From Candidatus Nomurabacteria bacterium (lineage in GTDB: Bacteria > Patescibacteriota > Minisyncoccia > Phycocordibacterales > UBA918): a stretch of 64,000 nucleotides of DNA. Shown one piece after another: positions 1 to 8,755 of the stretch. The notes below the pieces were generated by a model, which had not been told where the DNA came from, did not search any database, and saw nothing but the letters and a program-made list of their open reading frames with translations. Made by a program: the position numbers and the translations under genes. The stretch spans positions 1,421 to 65,420 of the forward strand of contig JACKGI010000003.1 in the NCBI GenBank assembly GCA_020632015.1. The letters are read 5' to 3'. Every line of letters starts with the position of its first letter. The first letter of the stretch is position 1.

Positions 1-288
1 TTATTACGATTCAAAATTATAAACAAGAAACATACGAAAATATACAGGCGCTTAGCATATTGCTAGAAAATAATGAGTTTACGAATATATTTTCTGTATG
101 CAGAGCATAAGACCCCCAAGGGAGAAATAGGCTGTAGCGAGCTGTAAAGGAATTCGCTTCTTGTATAAAATAACTCTAAGAGGGGTTTTCTCTTGCCTTT
201 TTATCTGCGAAGGCCTTTCCTTCGCAACAGTGACAAGTTGTAGAAGACTTGTATACACAACTTACCCCCCCGTGTTAGAATTTCGGTA

Positions 289-1095
289 ATGGAGGAACCA
301 GAGATAAATCCTGTCGAATATTCAAAATGGGCTTTTAAAATAATGGTCGGTTTTGTCGGGGTAATTTGCTTAATGGTTTTTACACCTTTGAGTGGCCACT
401 TGAGTAATCTTTTCGCTAATACGCCTGTTCCTAACACTACTTTGATTGCTACGCTACAGTCGTTTCAGTGTGGGCAAAGTACAGTACAAGACGCCGACGC
501 CAACACATACAACACCATCGCTATCGGTACTCAGTGCTGGATGGCCTCCAACCTCAACGTCGGTACCCGCATCAACATTGCCTCCAACCAAACCGACAAC
601 GCCGTCATCGAAAAGTGGTGCTACTCCGACACCGACGCCAACTGTGACACCACCAACAACCCCAACCAACCCGACGGAGGTCTCTATCAATGGGATGAAG
701 CTATGCAATACAGCACTACCGAAGGCGCGCAGGGTATTTGTCCTACCGGCTGGCATATCCCTACCCACGATGAATACACCACCATGGAGAGAGCTATCTG
801 TACCTCAGGAAGCTGTGCCACTGACTTCCCGTACGACACTACCACCACTGGCTACCGCGGCACCAACGAAGGTACCAAACTAAAACCCAACGGCTCCACC
901 GGCCTAGAATTCAACCTGGCCGGCCTCGGCAACTCTGGTTCCTTCTTCAATCGCGGTTCGTTCGGCTACTTCTGGTCATCTTCGGAGTCTGGCACCAAGG
1001 CTTGGTACCGGCTCGTGTCCTCTGGTTCAGCGCAGGTCTCCCGGCGCACGAACGTCCAGTCGTTCGGTTTTTCTGTGCGTTGCGTAGAGGACTAG
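289..1095 (+). CDS. DGR target protein: N-terminal membrane anchor plus Fibrobacter-succinogenes-major-paralogous/DUF1566-like (C-type-lectin-fold) domain with C-terminal variable region
   Basis: Hydrophobic segment FKIMVGFVGVICLMVFTPL. Motifs GTQCWMASNLN, YQW, CPTGWHIPT, FWSS and GFSVRCV. The last ~58 codons are the VR. Confidence 0.85.
   Translation: MEEPEINPVEYSKWAFKIMVGFVGVICLMVFTPLSGHLSNLFANTPVPNTTLIATLQSFQCGQSTVQDADANTYNTIAIGTQCWMASNLNVGTRINIASNQTDNAVIEKWCYSDTDANCDTTNNPNQPDGGLYQWDEAMQYSTTEGAQGICPTGWHIPTHDEYTTMERAICTSGSCATDFPYDTTTTGYRGTNEGTKLKPNGSTGLEFNLAGLGNSGSFFNRGSFGYFWSSSESGTKAWYRLVSSGSAQVSRRTNVQSFGFSVRCVED
917..1091 (+). repeat. DGR variable repeat (VR)
   Basis: Same length as the TR. 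Differs from it almost only where the TR has A (AAC codons in the TR become CTC, TTC, TAC, TCC, CGC etc.). Confidence 0.85.
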
Positions 1096-1163
1096 ACTCT
1101 TTGTCTCTTTGACTCTTATAAACTTTGATTAGTTACTATGTTTTTTAAATCATTAAAGTGTGT

Positions 1164-1514
1164 ATGACTACCGTCCAGAATTTACCAGTCTATACAGAAA
1201 GCTACGATCTTTTACTTGAATTTTTTCGCCACGCCAAGAACTTCACTAAGGAATATAAGTATACTCTCGGAGAGCAAGTTAAAAATGAAATTATCGCACT
1301 GGTGTTGGATGTATATCGAGCGAATTCTTCACAAGTGGACAGAGTAGGGAATATTCAGTCGGCACGGGAGCGGGTGGAAGTAGTTCGCTTGTTACTTAGA
1401 TTACTACGTGATCTACACCAGCTTTCGATTGAACATTTTGTAGCTTTGAATACTAGTATAGAGTCGGTCAGTCGTCAGTTATCTGGGTGGTTACGTAAGA
1501 GTCAGAGTGTATAA
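1164..1514 (+). CDS. avd: Avd-like accessory variability determinant (four-helix-bundle / 23S rRNA intervening-sequence protein family)
   Basis: Small helical basic protein (YKYTLGEQVKNE...RLLLRLLRDLHQLS) sitting between the target gene and the TR. ATG at 1164 is preferred over the upstream GTG at 1158. Confidence 0.7.
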   Translation: MTTVQNLPVYTESYDLLLEFFRHAKNFTKEYKYTLGEQVKNEIIALVLDVYRANSSQVDRVGNIQSARERVEVVRLLLRLLRDLHQLSIEHFVALNTSIESVSRQLSGWLRKSQSV

Positions 1515-1700
1515 TAAGAATGCTAGAGCTGTGTCTTGCTACGGCATGCACAGGAATGCAAGATGAATCCAGTCACCCTCTAATTTAGAAATCCAATCTT
1601 CTTAATTAGGAGGCGGTACAGTAGTGATACCCTTGCGTGAGGCACAATCTCCTAAAGAGCATGTCTTGCGTGAAAGATAAGTGGTGGCTATCCCAGTAGT

Positions 1701-1875
1701 TGGCCGGCAACGGCAACTCTGGTTCCTTCTTCAATCGCGGTACGAACGGCAACTTCTGGTCATCTTCGGAGTCTGGCACCAATGCTTGGAACCGGAACGT
1801 GAACTCTGGTTCAGCGCAGGTCAACCGGAACACGAACGACCAGTCGAACGGTTTATCTGTGCGTTGCGTAGAGGA
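1701..1875 (+). repeat. DGR template repeat (TR)
   Basis: Adenine-rich (many AAC) near-copy of the VR, located 50 nt upstream of the RT start. The apparent ORFs 1700-1918 and 1681-1935 are by-products of the TR. Confidence 0.85.
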
Positions 1876-1881
1876 TTTATC

Positions 1882-1912
1882 ACAAGGGGCGAGCCGAAGG
1901 CTCGCCCCTTGT
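1882..1912 (+). other. GC-rich stem-loop between TR and RT (about 13-14 bp stem, GAAG loop)
   Basis: acaaggggcgagcc-gaag-ggctcgccccttgt. Probably part of the DGR RNA spacer structure. Confidence 0.6.
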
Positions 1913-1925
1913 ATGTAACAACACT

Positions 1926-3098
1926 ATGCACATAAAAAATCCTCAATTATTAACTGATTTGTTTCAAGCATACGAAGACGCTAGAAGACACAAGCGGAAA
2001 ACAAAAGGAGTTTTAGAATTTTCACTTAATTACGAAGAAAGACTATTTCAACTCTATGAAGATTTGGTGTACCGTCGCTATAAAATCGCCCCATCGACTT
2101 GCTTTATTGTAACTAAGCCAGTATGGCGGGAGATATTTGCTGGCGATTTTCGTGACCGCATAGTGCATCATTTGTTGTTTAATTACTTAAACCCATTCTG
2201 TGAACGGCTGTTTATCAATGACAGTTATGCCTGCAGGAAAGGTAAAGGCACGAGTTATGGCATTAGCAGAGCTGACCACTTCATACGTTCGATGTCAGAA
2301 AATTACACCCGTGACTGCTGGGTACTCAAATTAGATATTAGTGGGTACTTTATGTCGATTAACCACTCAATCTTACAAGAAAAAGTGCTCAAAATTATAG
2401 AACGGTATGAAGAGGAAATTAAGTTTGACCAGTCACTTGTGCGGTGGCTACTTGAGAAAATAATTTTTCATAATCATGTCGAACAGTGTATTCGTAGAGG
2501 CGAGGTGAGTGATTGGTCTATATTACCACGGTCGAAAAGTCTTTTTTACGCTAAGTCAGGTTGTGGTTTGCCAATTGGCAATCTCACTTCTCAGCTCTTT
2601 GGGAATGTGTACTTGAATGATTTTGATCATTTTGCAATGAGGTTGGTGCCGTGTTTACGATATGGGCGGTATGTAGACGATATGTTGTTTGTTCATAAGG
2701 ACCGTGAGACTTTGCTTAGAATTGTAAGTTCAGTTCGGGAATTCTTATCAACTAGACTGTTACTTATATTACATCCGAACAAGGTACGACTTGGACGATA
2801 TGAACACGGGGTGGATTTTCTCGGGGCAAGATTATATTGTGGAAGAATACTTCCACAACAGCAGTTAGTAAGAAATCTAAGAGAAAATATTTGTCAATGG
2901 AACGAAAGTGCGGATACTTCTTCTCTAAGTAGAGAAGAAGTATCCGCACTTATTTCATCATTCAACTCTTCCTTGGGACACTTTGTTAATTTCCAGACAA
3001 GACAACTAAGAAAAGATTTATTAAGTATGAATAACGCTAGTTTGATGACATATATTAGGTCGGACAATAAATATAGGAAAGTGGTTATGGTGAGGTGA
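1926..3098 (+). CDS. DGR reverse transcriptase
   Basis: RT motifs: GKGTSYG, LKLDISGYF, IGNLTSQLFGNVYLNDFDHF (DGR-type motif 4), and the YVDD catalytic box. TGA stop. Confidence 0.9.
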   Translation: MHIKNPQLLTDLFQAYEDARRHKRKTKGVLEFSLNYEERLFQLYEDLVYRRYKIAPSTCFIVTKPVWREIFAGDFRDRIVHHLLFNYLNPFCERLFINDSYACRKGKGTSYGISRADHFIRSMSENYTRDCWVLKLDISGYFMSINHSILQEKVLKIIERYEEEIKFDQSLVRWLLEKIIFHNHVEQCIRRGEVSDWSILPRSKSLFYAKSGCGLPIGNLTSQLFGNVYLNDFDHFAMRLVPCLRYGRYVDDMLFVHKDRETLLRIVSSVREFLSTRLLLILHPNKVRLGRYEHGVDFLGARLYCGRILPQQQLVRNLRENICQWNESADTSSLSREEVSALISSFNSSLGHFVNFQTRQLRKDLLSMNNASLMTYIRSDNKYRKVVMVR

Positions 3099-3142
3099 AA
3101 TAGGTTGGCACTACGTGTTCGAGCGGTTTTTCTATAAAATTG

Positions 3143-3333
3143 TTGCAAAATAAGTAAATATAAGTATACTGACCCCAGCTTTAAAAGACCTATGTACGGA
3201 CTTGTTTCCGGACCAATGGGCACAAATCGCGTGTTTTTACGTTGAGCTTGTGCTTGCGTGATACACGCGATTTGTTGTATGGGTCTAACATTTTTATGTT
3301 ATTAAAGCGGATTATTAATTAGGTTCATACGAA
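3143..3333 (+). promoter_or_regulatory. Putative promoter (TTGCAA-N16-TATACT) and structured leader upstream of rplC
   Basis: -35 at 3143-3148 and -10 at 3165-3170. Perfect 13-bp inverted repeat acaaatcgcgtgt / acacgcgatttgt (3222-3275) lies in the leader. Confidence 0.4.
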
Positions 3334-3957
3334 ATGAAATTCATTCTAGGAACAAAGACGGGCATGACACAAGTCTTCGACGCTGAAGGTGTGTGTCGCG
3401 CAGCTACCGTTCTTAAAGTTTCACCTGCGAAAGTATCACAGGTAAAAACTTCTGAGAAAGATGGTTACGCAGCTGTACAGCTTGCTTCTGGTACACAGAA
3501 GGAACAACGTGTAGCTAAGGCTCAAAAAGGTCACTTCGGTGGCGCGGTTGCTCAATCAAGAGAATTTCGACCAAGAACTGGCGAAGAAACAAAAATCGAA
3601 GGTGCTGAAAAAGGTGCTTCTCATGATGTTTCTGTCTTCGAACCAGGCGATGACATCACTGTATCTGCTATCTCAAAAGGTAAGGGATTCCAAGGTGTTG
3701 TTAAGCGTCACGGCTTCAAAGGAGGTCGTCGAAGTCATGGTCAAAAGCACTCTGAGCGAGAGCCAGGGTCAATTGGAGCAACAGGGATTGGTCACGTACT
3801 TAAGGGCACTCGAATGGGTGGCCGAATGGGAAATGACAAAATCACAGTGAAGGGTCTAAAGGTTCTTCAGGTAAATGCAGCAGAAAACATTCTTGTTGTA
3901 TCAGGAGCTGTCCCAGGTCGAAAGGGCACATTAGTAGAGGTCTTCATGACTAACTAA
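3334..3957 (+). CDS. rplC: 50S ribosomal protein uL3
   Basis: Translation is typical of L3 (KGKGFQGVVKRHGF, GNDKITV). First gene of the cluster. Confidence 0.97.
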   Translation: MKFILGTKTGMTQVFDAEGVCRAATVLKVSPAKVSQVKTSEKDGYAAVQLASGTQKEQRVAKAQKGHFGGAVAQSREFRPRTGEETKIEGAEKGASHDVSVFEPGDDITVSAISKGKGFQGVVKRHGFKGGRRSHGQKHSEREPGSIGATGIGHVLKGTRMGGRMGNDKITVKGLKVLQVNAAENILVVSGAVPGRKGTLVEVFMTN

Positions 3958-3971
3958 GTAATCACTATAAT

Positions 3972-4652
3972 ATGAATGCAAAAGTATATTCTCGAGAAGG
4001 GAAAGAAACTGGTAGCGTAGAGCTTCCAGAAGCAGTGTTTGGTGTTGCTTGGAATGCAGACCTTGTGCACGAAGTAGTAGTTGGAATGCAAGCAAATGCT
4101 CGCAATAGTACAGCTCACACTAAAGACCGAAGTGAAGTGAGTGGTGGTGGTAAGAAGCCATGGCGACAAAAAGGAACCGGTCGAGCACGACATGGTTCGA
4201 ACCGTTCTCCAATTTGGACTGGTGGAGGTGTAACCTTCGGACCACGTTCAGAAAAGGACTATTCAGTAAAAATCAACAAGAAGGTAAAGGCTAAAGCTTT
4301 GGCTTCAGTACTTTCAAAGAAACTTACTGATAACGAAGTTTTGTTTGTTGACTCTCTAAAGATGGAAGAGCCAAAAACAAAAGAAGCAAAAGCTATTGTC
4401 GCAGCAATTGCCAAGGGAGCTGATCAAGCTTCTCTAGCAACAAAGCGTAAGAATGCAGCAGTTGTGATTCTTGCAGATAGAAGTCTAGCTACTGAAAAGA
4501 GTTTCCGAAACTTTGGAAATATCGAAGTAGTAATGGCGAAGGATATCAACCCAGTTGAACTCCTAACTTATAAGTATGTAGTAGTGGCGGACGCTCCAGC
4601 TTCTGTAGAAATTCTAGCTGGTCGTGTAGCGACAACTCCTAAGTCAAAATAG
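3972..4652 (+). CDS. rplD: 50S ribosomal protein uL4
   Basis: L4 hallmarks (GGGKKPWRQKGTGRAR) and conserved order. Confidence 0.97.
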   Translation: MNAKVYSREGKETGSVELPEAVFGVAWNADLVHEVVVGMQANARNSTAHTKDRSEVSGGGKKPWRQKGTGRARHGSNRSPIWTGGGVTFGPRSEKDYSVKINKKVKAKALASVLSKKLTDNEVLFVDSLKMEEPKTKEAKAIVAAIAKGADQASLATKRKNAAVVILADRSLATEKSFRNFGNIEVVMAKDINPVELLTYKYVVVADAPASVEILAGRVATTPKSK

Positions 4653-4653
4653 T

Positions 4654-5028
4654 ATGGCTCTCTTTGGAAAAAAGAAAGAAACCAAAACAAAGAGTGACAA
4701 GGACGTAGTGAAGGTTGACGTGTCAAAAGCACACGCAACAGACTTCGACCTTACAGCTGTAATCGTTGGACCACGACTGTCTGAAAAGACAGTTGGTCTT
4801 GGGGAAAGCAATAACGTCTACACTTTTTTAGTGCGACGTGATGCAACCAAGTATCAAGTTCGAGATGCAGTAAAATCACTCTACAATGTGACGCCGGTGA
4901 AAGTAAACATCGTCAACAAAAAGCCTGCCGAAAGAATGGTAGGAAGTCGAAATCGAACTAAGCACGTTCAAGGCGAAAAGAAGGCCTACGTGTATCTTAA
5001 AAAGGGTGACACCATTAATCTTGTCTAG
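4654..5028 (+). CDS. rplW: 50S ribosomal protein uL23
   Basis: Position between L4 and L2. L23-like core with an N-terminal basic extension. Confidence 0.9.
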   Translation: MALFGKKKETKTKSDKDVVKVDVSKAHATDFDLTAVIVGPRLSEKTVGLGESNNVYTFLVRRDATKYQVRDAVKSLYNVTPVKVNIVNKKPAERMVGSRNRTKHVQGEKKAYVYLKKGDTINLV

Positions 5029-5031
5029 TAT

Positions 5032-5910
5032 ATGAAAAAATACAAACCAACATCTGCTGGACGACGTGATGGTTCAGTAATCGAATATAAGAAGTTCCTA
5101 TCTAGCACTGCTAGTAAGCCACTAAAATCTCTTACTAAAGGTAAGCGAAGTACTGGTGGACGAAACAGTTCAGGTAGAATCACGACTCATTATCGTGGTG
5201 GTGGAAACAAGCGAACTTATCGTCTTATCGATTTCAAATATGATAAGAAAGAAGTTCCTGCTCGTGTAGAAACAGTTGAGTACGATCCAAACCGTTCAGG
5301 TTTTATCGCTCTTGTTTGTTATGCGGATGGGGAACGACGATATATTCTTGCTCCACAAAAGCTAAAAGTAGGCGACAAGATTATTGTCTCTGAAACAGCA
5401 AAGCCAAAGGTGGGTAACCGTTTACCACTTGCTTCAATTCCAGTAGGTACATTTGTGTACAACGTGGAAATCAATCCAGGAGCTGGTGCTAAGCTTGGAC
5501 GTTCTGCAGGAAACGCTATCGAAGTGGTAGCGCATGACAGCAAGCACGCTTCTCTAAAGATGCCGTCAACCGAAATCCGAAAAGTATTGAACTCTGCTTG
5601 GGCTTCAGTTGGAGTGGTTTCAAACGAAGAGCACAAACTTGTAAGTATTGGTAAGGCGGGACGGGCGCGACACATGGGACTTCGACCGAAGACTCGTGGA
5701 GCTGCAAAGAACGCTGTTGATCACCCACATGGAGGTGGTGAAGGACGTTCTCCTCGAGGACACCGACGTCAACGAACCAAACAAGGACGACCAACAGGAA
5801 AGGGTCAAAAGACTCGTTCACCAAAGAAATACTCAAACAAACTTATTGTTCAACGCCGAAAACTTGGAAAAGTCATGGGCGGACAACGACAAAGTATGTC
5901 AAAGAAGTAA
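5032..5910 (+). CDS. rplB: 50S ribosomal protein uL2
   Basis: L2 motifs (GGGNKRTYRLIDF, HPHGGGEGR). Confidence 0.97.
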   Translation: MKKYKPTSAGRRDGSVIEYKKFLSSTASKPLKSLTKGKRSTGGRNSSGRITTHYRGGGNKRTYRLIDFKYDKKEVPARVETVEYDPNRSGFIALVCYADGERRYILAPQKLKVGDKIIVSETAKPKVGNRLPLASIPVGTFVYNVEINPGAGAKLGRSAGNAIEVVAHDSKHASLKMPSTEIRKVLNSAWASVGVVSNEEHKLVSIGKAGRARHMGLRPKTRGAAKNAVDHPHGGGEGRSPRGHRRQRTKQGRPTGKGQKTRSPKKYSNKLIVQRRKLGKVMGGQRQSMSKK

Positions 5911-5928
5911 TTCAATCAGAAAAAGAAA

Positions 5929-5955
5929 AACACCTCGTATGGGGTGTTTTTCTTT
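5929..5955 (+). terminator. Rho-independent terminator after rplB
   Basis: Hairpin aacacctc-gtat-ggggtgtt followed by a T-run. Confidence 0.7.
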
Positions 5956-6397
5956 TGCTTGACTCAAGATAAACAATATCGTCTATGTAGAGAATTATTT
6001 AGTTATTAACTTATTTTACTTATCTTTTATCAAAGTTGTTGTTAGTCTATTAGGCCCACTTATTCCTGTCCCACACAATATCTGCATGAATGAAATTATT
6101 ATTGAACTTATCTATAGGATTATCACTATTATTACTTGTAACTTCAATTAAAATACTGGATGTCGTAATGGTTGAAGAAATGAGTAAATCAATCACCGAA
6201 GAAAAAACACAACAACTATGTGAAAGAAGTAGCAACACTGCATTGGTTGGTTCTCCCCGAAATAATAATGCTTTTGGCAGATTTTTATTTTGTGACAAAT
6301 AGACTAGGGGTAATTATGAAATTAATTGACCACGCAAAATATTAATTACTTATAAAAAAAGGAAGCCAAGGCTCCCTTTACTATAGATCACGTTTTG

Positions 6398-6727
6398 TCA
6401 GAGTTTTATTTTAAGCATTATAGCTCTGTACTTTTTGTAATCTGATTTTTTCATTGCAACCACAACCACATCTGGATCTATCCATACTTCATTCAGAGTT
6501 GAGGTTACTACTCCTGGAAGTCCTGGTCCAAATAGTTTGTGATAAGCAACGTGATCAGAATGACGAACAGAGGAGATATTTCTTTTTTCGTTGCCTCCCC
6601 CAGCACTTCTTGGTCTTCGATGGTGCCGTGTCCGTTTATCAGGAGAAACTACCTTCCTTAATGGTGTGGGTGGATTTTTATTAGCCTCTCTCTGCCTTGC
6701 TTTAGTTGACGATGAACTTCTAGCCAT
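6398..6727 (-). CDS. Hypothetical basic protein (109 aa)
   Basis: ORF only. Arg/Lys-rich disordered N-terminus. No family recognised. Confidence 0.4.
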   Translation of the reverse strand: MARSSSSTKARQREANKNPPTPLRKVVSPDKRTRHHRRPRSAGGGNEKRNISSVRHSDHVAYHKLFGPGLPGVVTSTLNEVWIDPDVVVVAMKKSDYKKYRAIMLKIKL

Positions 6728-6866
6728 TTAATACCCCCAGTATCGTAATGGTTGTACTATTTTAGTTATACAAAACAAATAATATTGAGTCAATGCTTAG
6801 TATGCCGATAGCATCGTTGGTTAAAATGGTACAATACTCACAACTAATCAATTAATTACATTTATT

Positions 6867-8315
6867 ATGAAAGTTTCAGGTTTTACTTCATCAATCCAGA
6901 TTGTTTTTGTGGCAGTCACACTTTTTCTACTGGCTTTGCCAGTAGTTTCTAATGCCCAGTCTACAAATGAATGTTCATTTGGTCAGACTCTAGATATTGG
7001 AGTTGTAGATGAGAGCGTAAGGTGTCTACAAGTATATCTAAATAATAACGGGTTCGTTTTGGCGACAGAAGGTCCAGGGTCGCCAGGGAATGAGACAAAC
7101 AAATTTGGTAGCTTAACAAAAGCTGCGGTTATTAAGTGGCAAGAAGACAAGGGAGTAAGTCCTACTAGTGGTGTGTTTGGACCAAAGTCACAAGCTGCCT
7201 ACCTACTTAGTTTAGTTGCTAGTCTGGAGTCTCAAAAACCAGTAGCTATCCTCCCTAATCCTACTCCGCAACCGATTGTTGCTGGAGCTTCTACAGATGC
7301 AGACAGCGAAGCTCAAGAGGGTGCAGAAAGAATCCTAGGTGCAACTATGGAGATGATCTTGGATACTTTTGATGAACTAGAAGACTTACGTGATGATGAT
7401 CCAGAAGAAGCTGAAGACATAGACGAAGATGTTCGTGATGTAATTGAGTCTCTATTTGATGCTTTACGAGCTTACTTTAGTGGTGACTACAAAAATGCAG
7501 AGGCAGATGCTGATGAAGTGTTAGATGATGCAACTAATGCTTTTGAGGACGCTGGTGGAGAATCAGAAGCTAGCGAAGCTGAAGACATCATTGAAGATGT
7601 CGAGGATTTGCTTGAGGATGTACAAGATATGTTCGAAGAGGCTGAAGACAAGGGAGATGATGTTGGTGACGCAGAAGATATGATTGAAGAAGCTGAGGAT
7701 CTTCTCGATGACGCCCGAGAAGCTTTTGAAAATCGAATTTATCGACAAGCTATCAGCGACGCACTTGATGCAGAAGAATTGCTTGAAGACGCTGAGGATG
7801 AAATCGATATTGTTACTCAAAAAGATGCTGAAGAAGCAGTTGACGATGCAATCGATGCATTTGAAGAAGCAGAGGATGAAGTTGACGAAGCAGAAGAGGA
7901 TGGTGACGAGGTAGAAGATTCGCAAGACCTTCTAGACGACGCAGAACGAGAAATCAAGAAAGCGGAAATTGCTCTAGACGATGAGGATTGGCAAGAAGCA
8001 ATGGAGCGCGCAAAGAAGGCCGAAGATTTGATTGAAGATGCTCTGGATGATATCGGTTCATCTTCAGATGATGATGAGGATGAGGCGGAAGAAGCACTTG
8101 AGGATGCATGGGATGAGTATAGAGACGCAAAAGATGAAATCGAAGAAGCGGACGATGATGGCGACGATATTGGTGATGCTGAGGATTATCTAGATGAAGC
8201 CAAAGACTTATTAAATGATGCGGAAGATGCCCTAGATGATGAAGACTGGGATGAAGTAATGGATTTGGTTGATGATGCACTAGATGCGATTGATGACGCA
8301 CTAGATGAACTCTAG
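6867..8315 (+). CDS. Secreted protein: signal peptide, peptidoglycan-binding (PG_binding_1-like) domain, ~350-aa hyper-acidic D/E helical repeat region
   Basis: Signal peptide ending VSNA/QS. PG-binding-like segment VRCLQVYLNNNGF...LTKAAVIKWQEDKG. Long Asp/Glu repeats (AEDLLDDAE, DEDWQEAMERAKKAEDLIEDALDD). Confidence 0.75.
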   Translation: MKVSGFTSSIQIVFVAVTLFLLALPVVSNAQSTNECSFGQTLDIGVVDESVRCLQVYLNNNGFVLATEGPGSPGNETNKFGSLTKAAVIKWQEDKGVSPTSGVFGPKSQAAYLLSLVASLESQKPVAILPNPTPQPIVAGASTDADSEAQEGAERILGATMEMILDTFDELEDLRDDDPEEAEDIDEDVRDVIESLFDALRAYFSGDYKNAEADADEVLDDATNAFEDAGGESEASEAEDIIEDVEDLLEDVQDMFEEAEDKGDDVGDAEDMIEEAEDLLDDAREAFENRIYRQAISDALDAEELLEDAEDEIDIVTQKDAEEAVDDAIDAFEEAEDEVDEAEEDGDEVEDSQDLLDDAEREIKKAEIALDDEDWQEAMERAKKAEDLIEDALDDIGSSSDDDEDEAEEALEDAWDEYRDAKDEIEEADDDGDDIGDAEDYLDEAKDLLNDAEDALDDEDWDEVMDLVDDALDAIDDALDEL

Positions 8316-8329
8316 AAAGTAGGTAAGTA

Positions 8330-8366
8330 AAAAAGCCGGCGCCCTCTGGGGCGCCGGCTTTTTTAT
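8330..8366. terminator. Bidirectional GC hairpin terminator
   Basis: aaaaagccggcgcc-ctctg-gggcgccggctttttt. Confidence 0.75.
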
Positions 8367-8680
8367 TCTCCGGGTTTTCTGTTTCTCTCCTTGAATTCAA
8401 ATTCGCGTAGTTTTTTGCTGGTTTTGAGTTGTGCTATCACAAAATCTGGTTTGTCTTTGGTGTGTACAGCAACTCGCTGGCTACTTTGCCCGCTTATAAG
8501 CAACTCAAAACCAGCCATTGTGTACGACACTGTAATGAATCTACCACCAGCACTTCTTTTGTTTGTACGAATTTCCCCTGGTGCTATCATCTTGATTCCA
8601 GAAATTTTCTCCAACTCACGCACCACCAAATCAGCCGTTTCTGTTAGGGTAGTGTGTTCTTTCCCTCGTGGCTTTGACAT
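8363..8680 (-). CDS. Hypothetical protein (105 aa)
   Basis: ORF only. No family recognised. Confidence 0.45.
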   Translation of the reverse strand: MSKPRGKEHTTLTETADLVVRELEKISGIKMIAPGEIRTNKRSAGGRFITVSYTMAGFELLISGQSSQRVAVHTKDKPDFVIAQLKTSKKLREFEFKERNRKPGE

Positions 8681-8710
8681 AGGAGTAGGGTAGCACGTAT
8701 TTTAAATATA

Positions 8711-8740
8711 AAAAAAGCCGGAAGCGCATGCGCTTCCGGA
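8711..8740 (-). terminator. Terminator of the 8756-9196 gene
   Basis: Palindrome ccggaagcgcatgcgcttccgg with a T-run on the minus strand. Confidence 0.65.
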
Positions 8741-8755
8741 TTAGTAGAGTGTTTT

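Larger units (their letters stand above)
289..3098 (+). mobile_element. Diversity-generating retroelement (DGR) cassette: target gene with VR, avd, TR, reverse transcriptase
   Basis: 175-nt TR (1701-1875) aligns without gaps to the 3' end of the upstream ORF (917-1091). By manual alignment, 19 of 20 mismatches fall at TR adenines. An Avd-like ORF and an RT with YVDD lie in the canonical order. Confidence 0.88.

Noticed and set aside
446-883. Overlapping or antisense ORFs inside confident genes (for example 446-883, 454-768, 5319-5675, 10305-10718, 11158-11757, 7563-7925, 7954-8400, 57261-57644, 52789-53184)
   Set aside because: These are shadow ORFs within well-supported coding regions, with low-complexity or biased composition.
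1681-1935. ORFs 1700-1918 and 1681-1935 considered as genes
   Set aside because: This is the DGR template repeat. The Asn-rich translation simply mirrors the C-terminus of the target protein.
6050-6302. Overlapping ORFs 6050-6298(-) and 6090-6302(+) in the AT-rich spacer after rplB
   Set aside because: They are mutually exclusive, low-complexity and AT-rich, with no RBS or family signal. The region is left unannotated.
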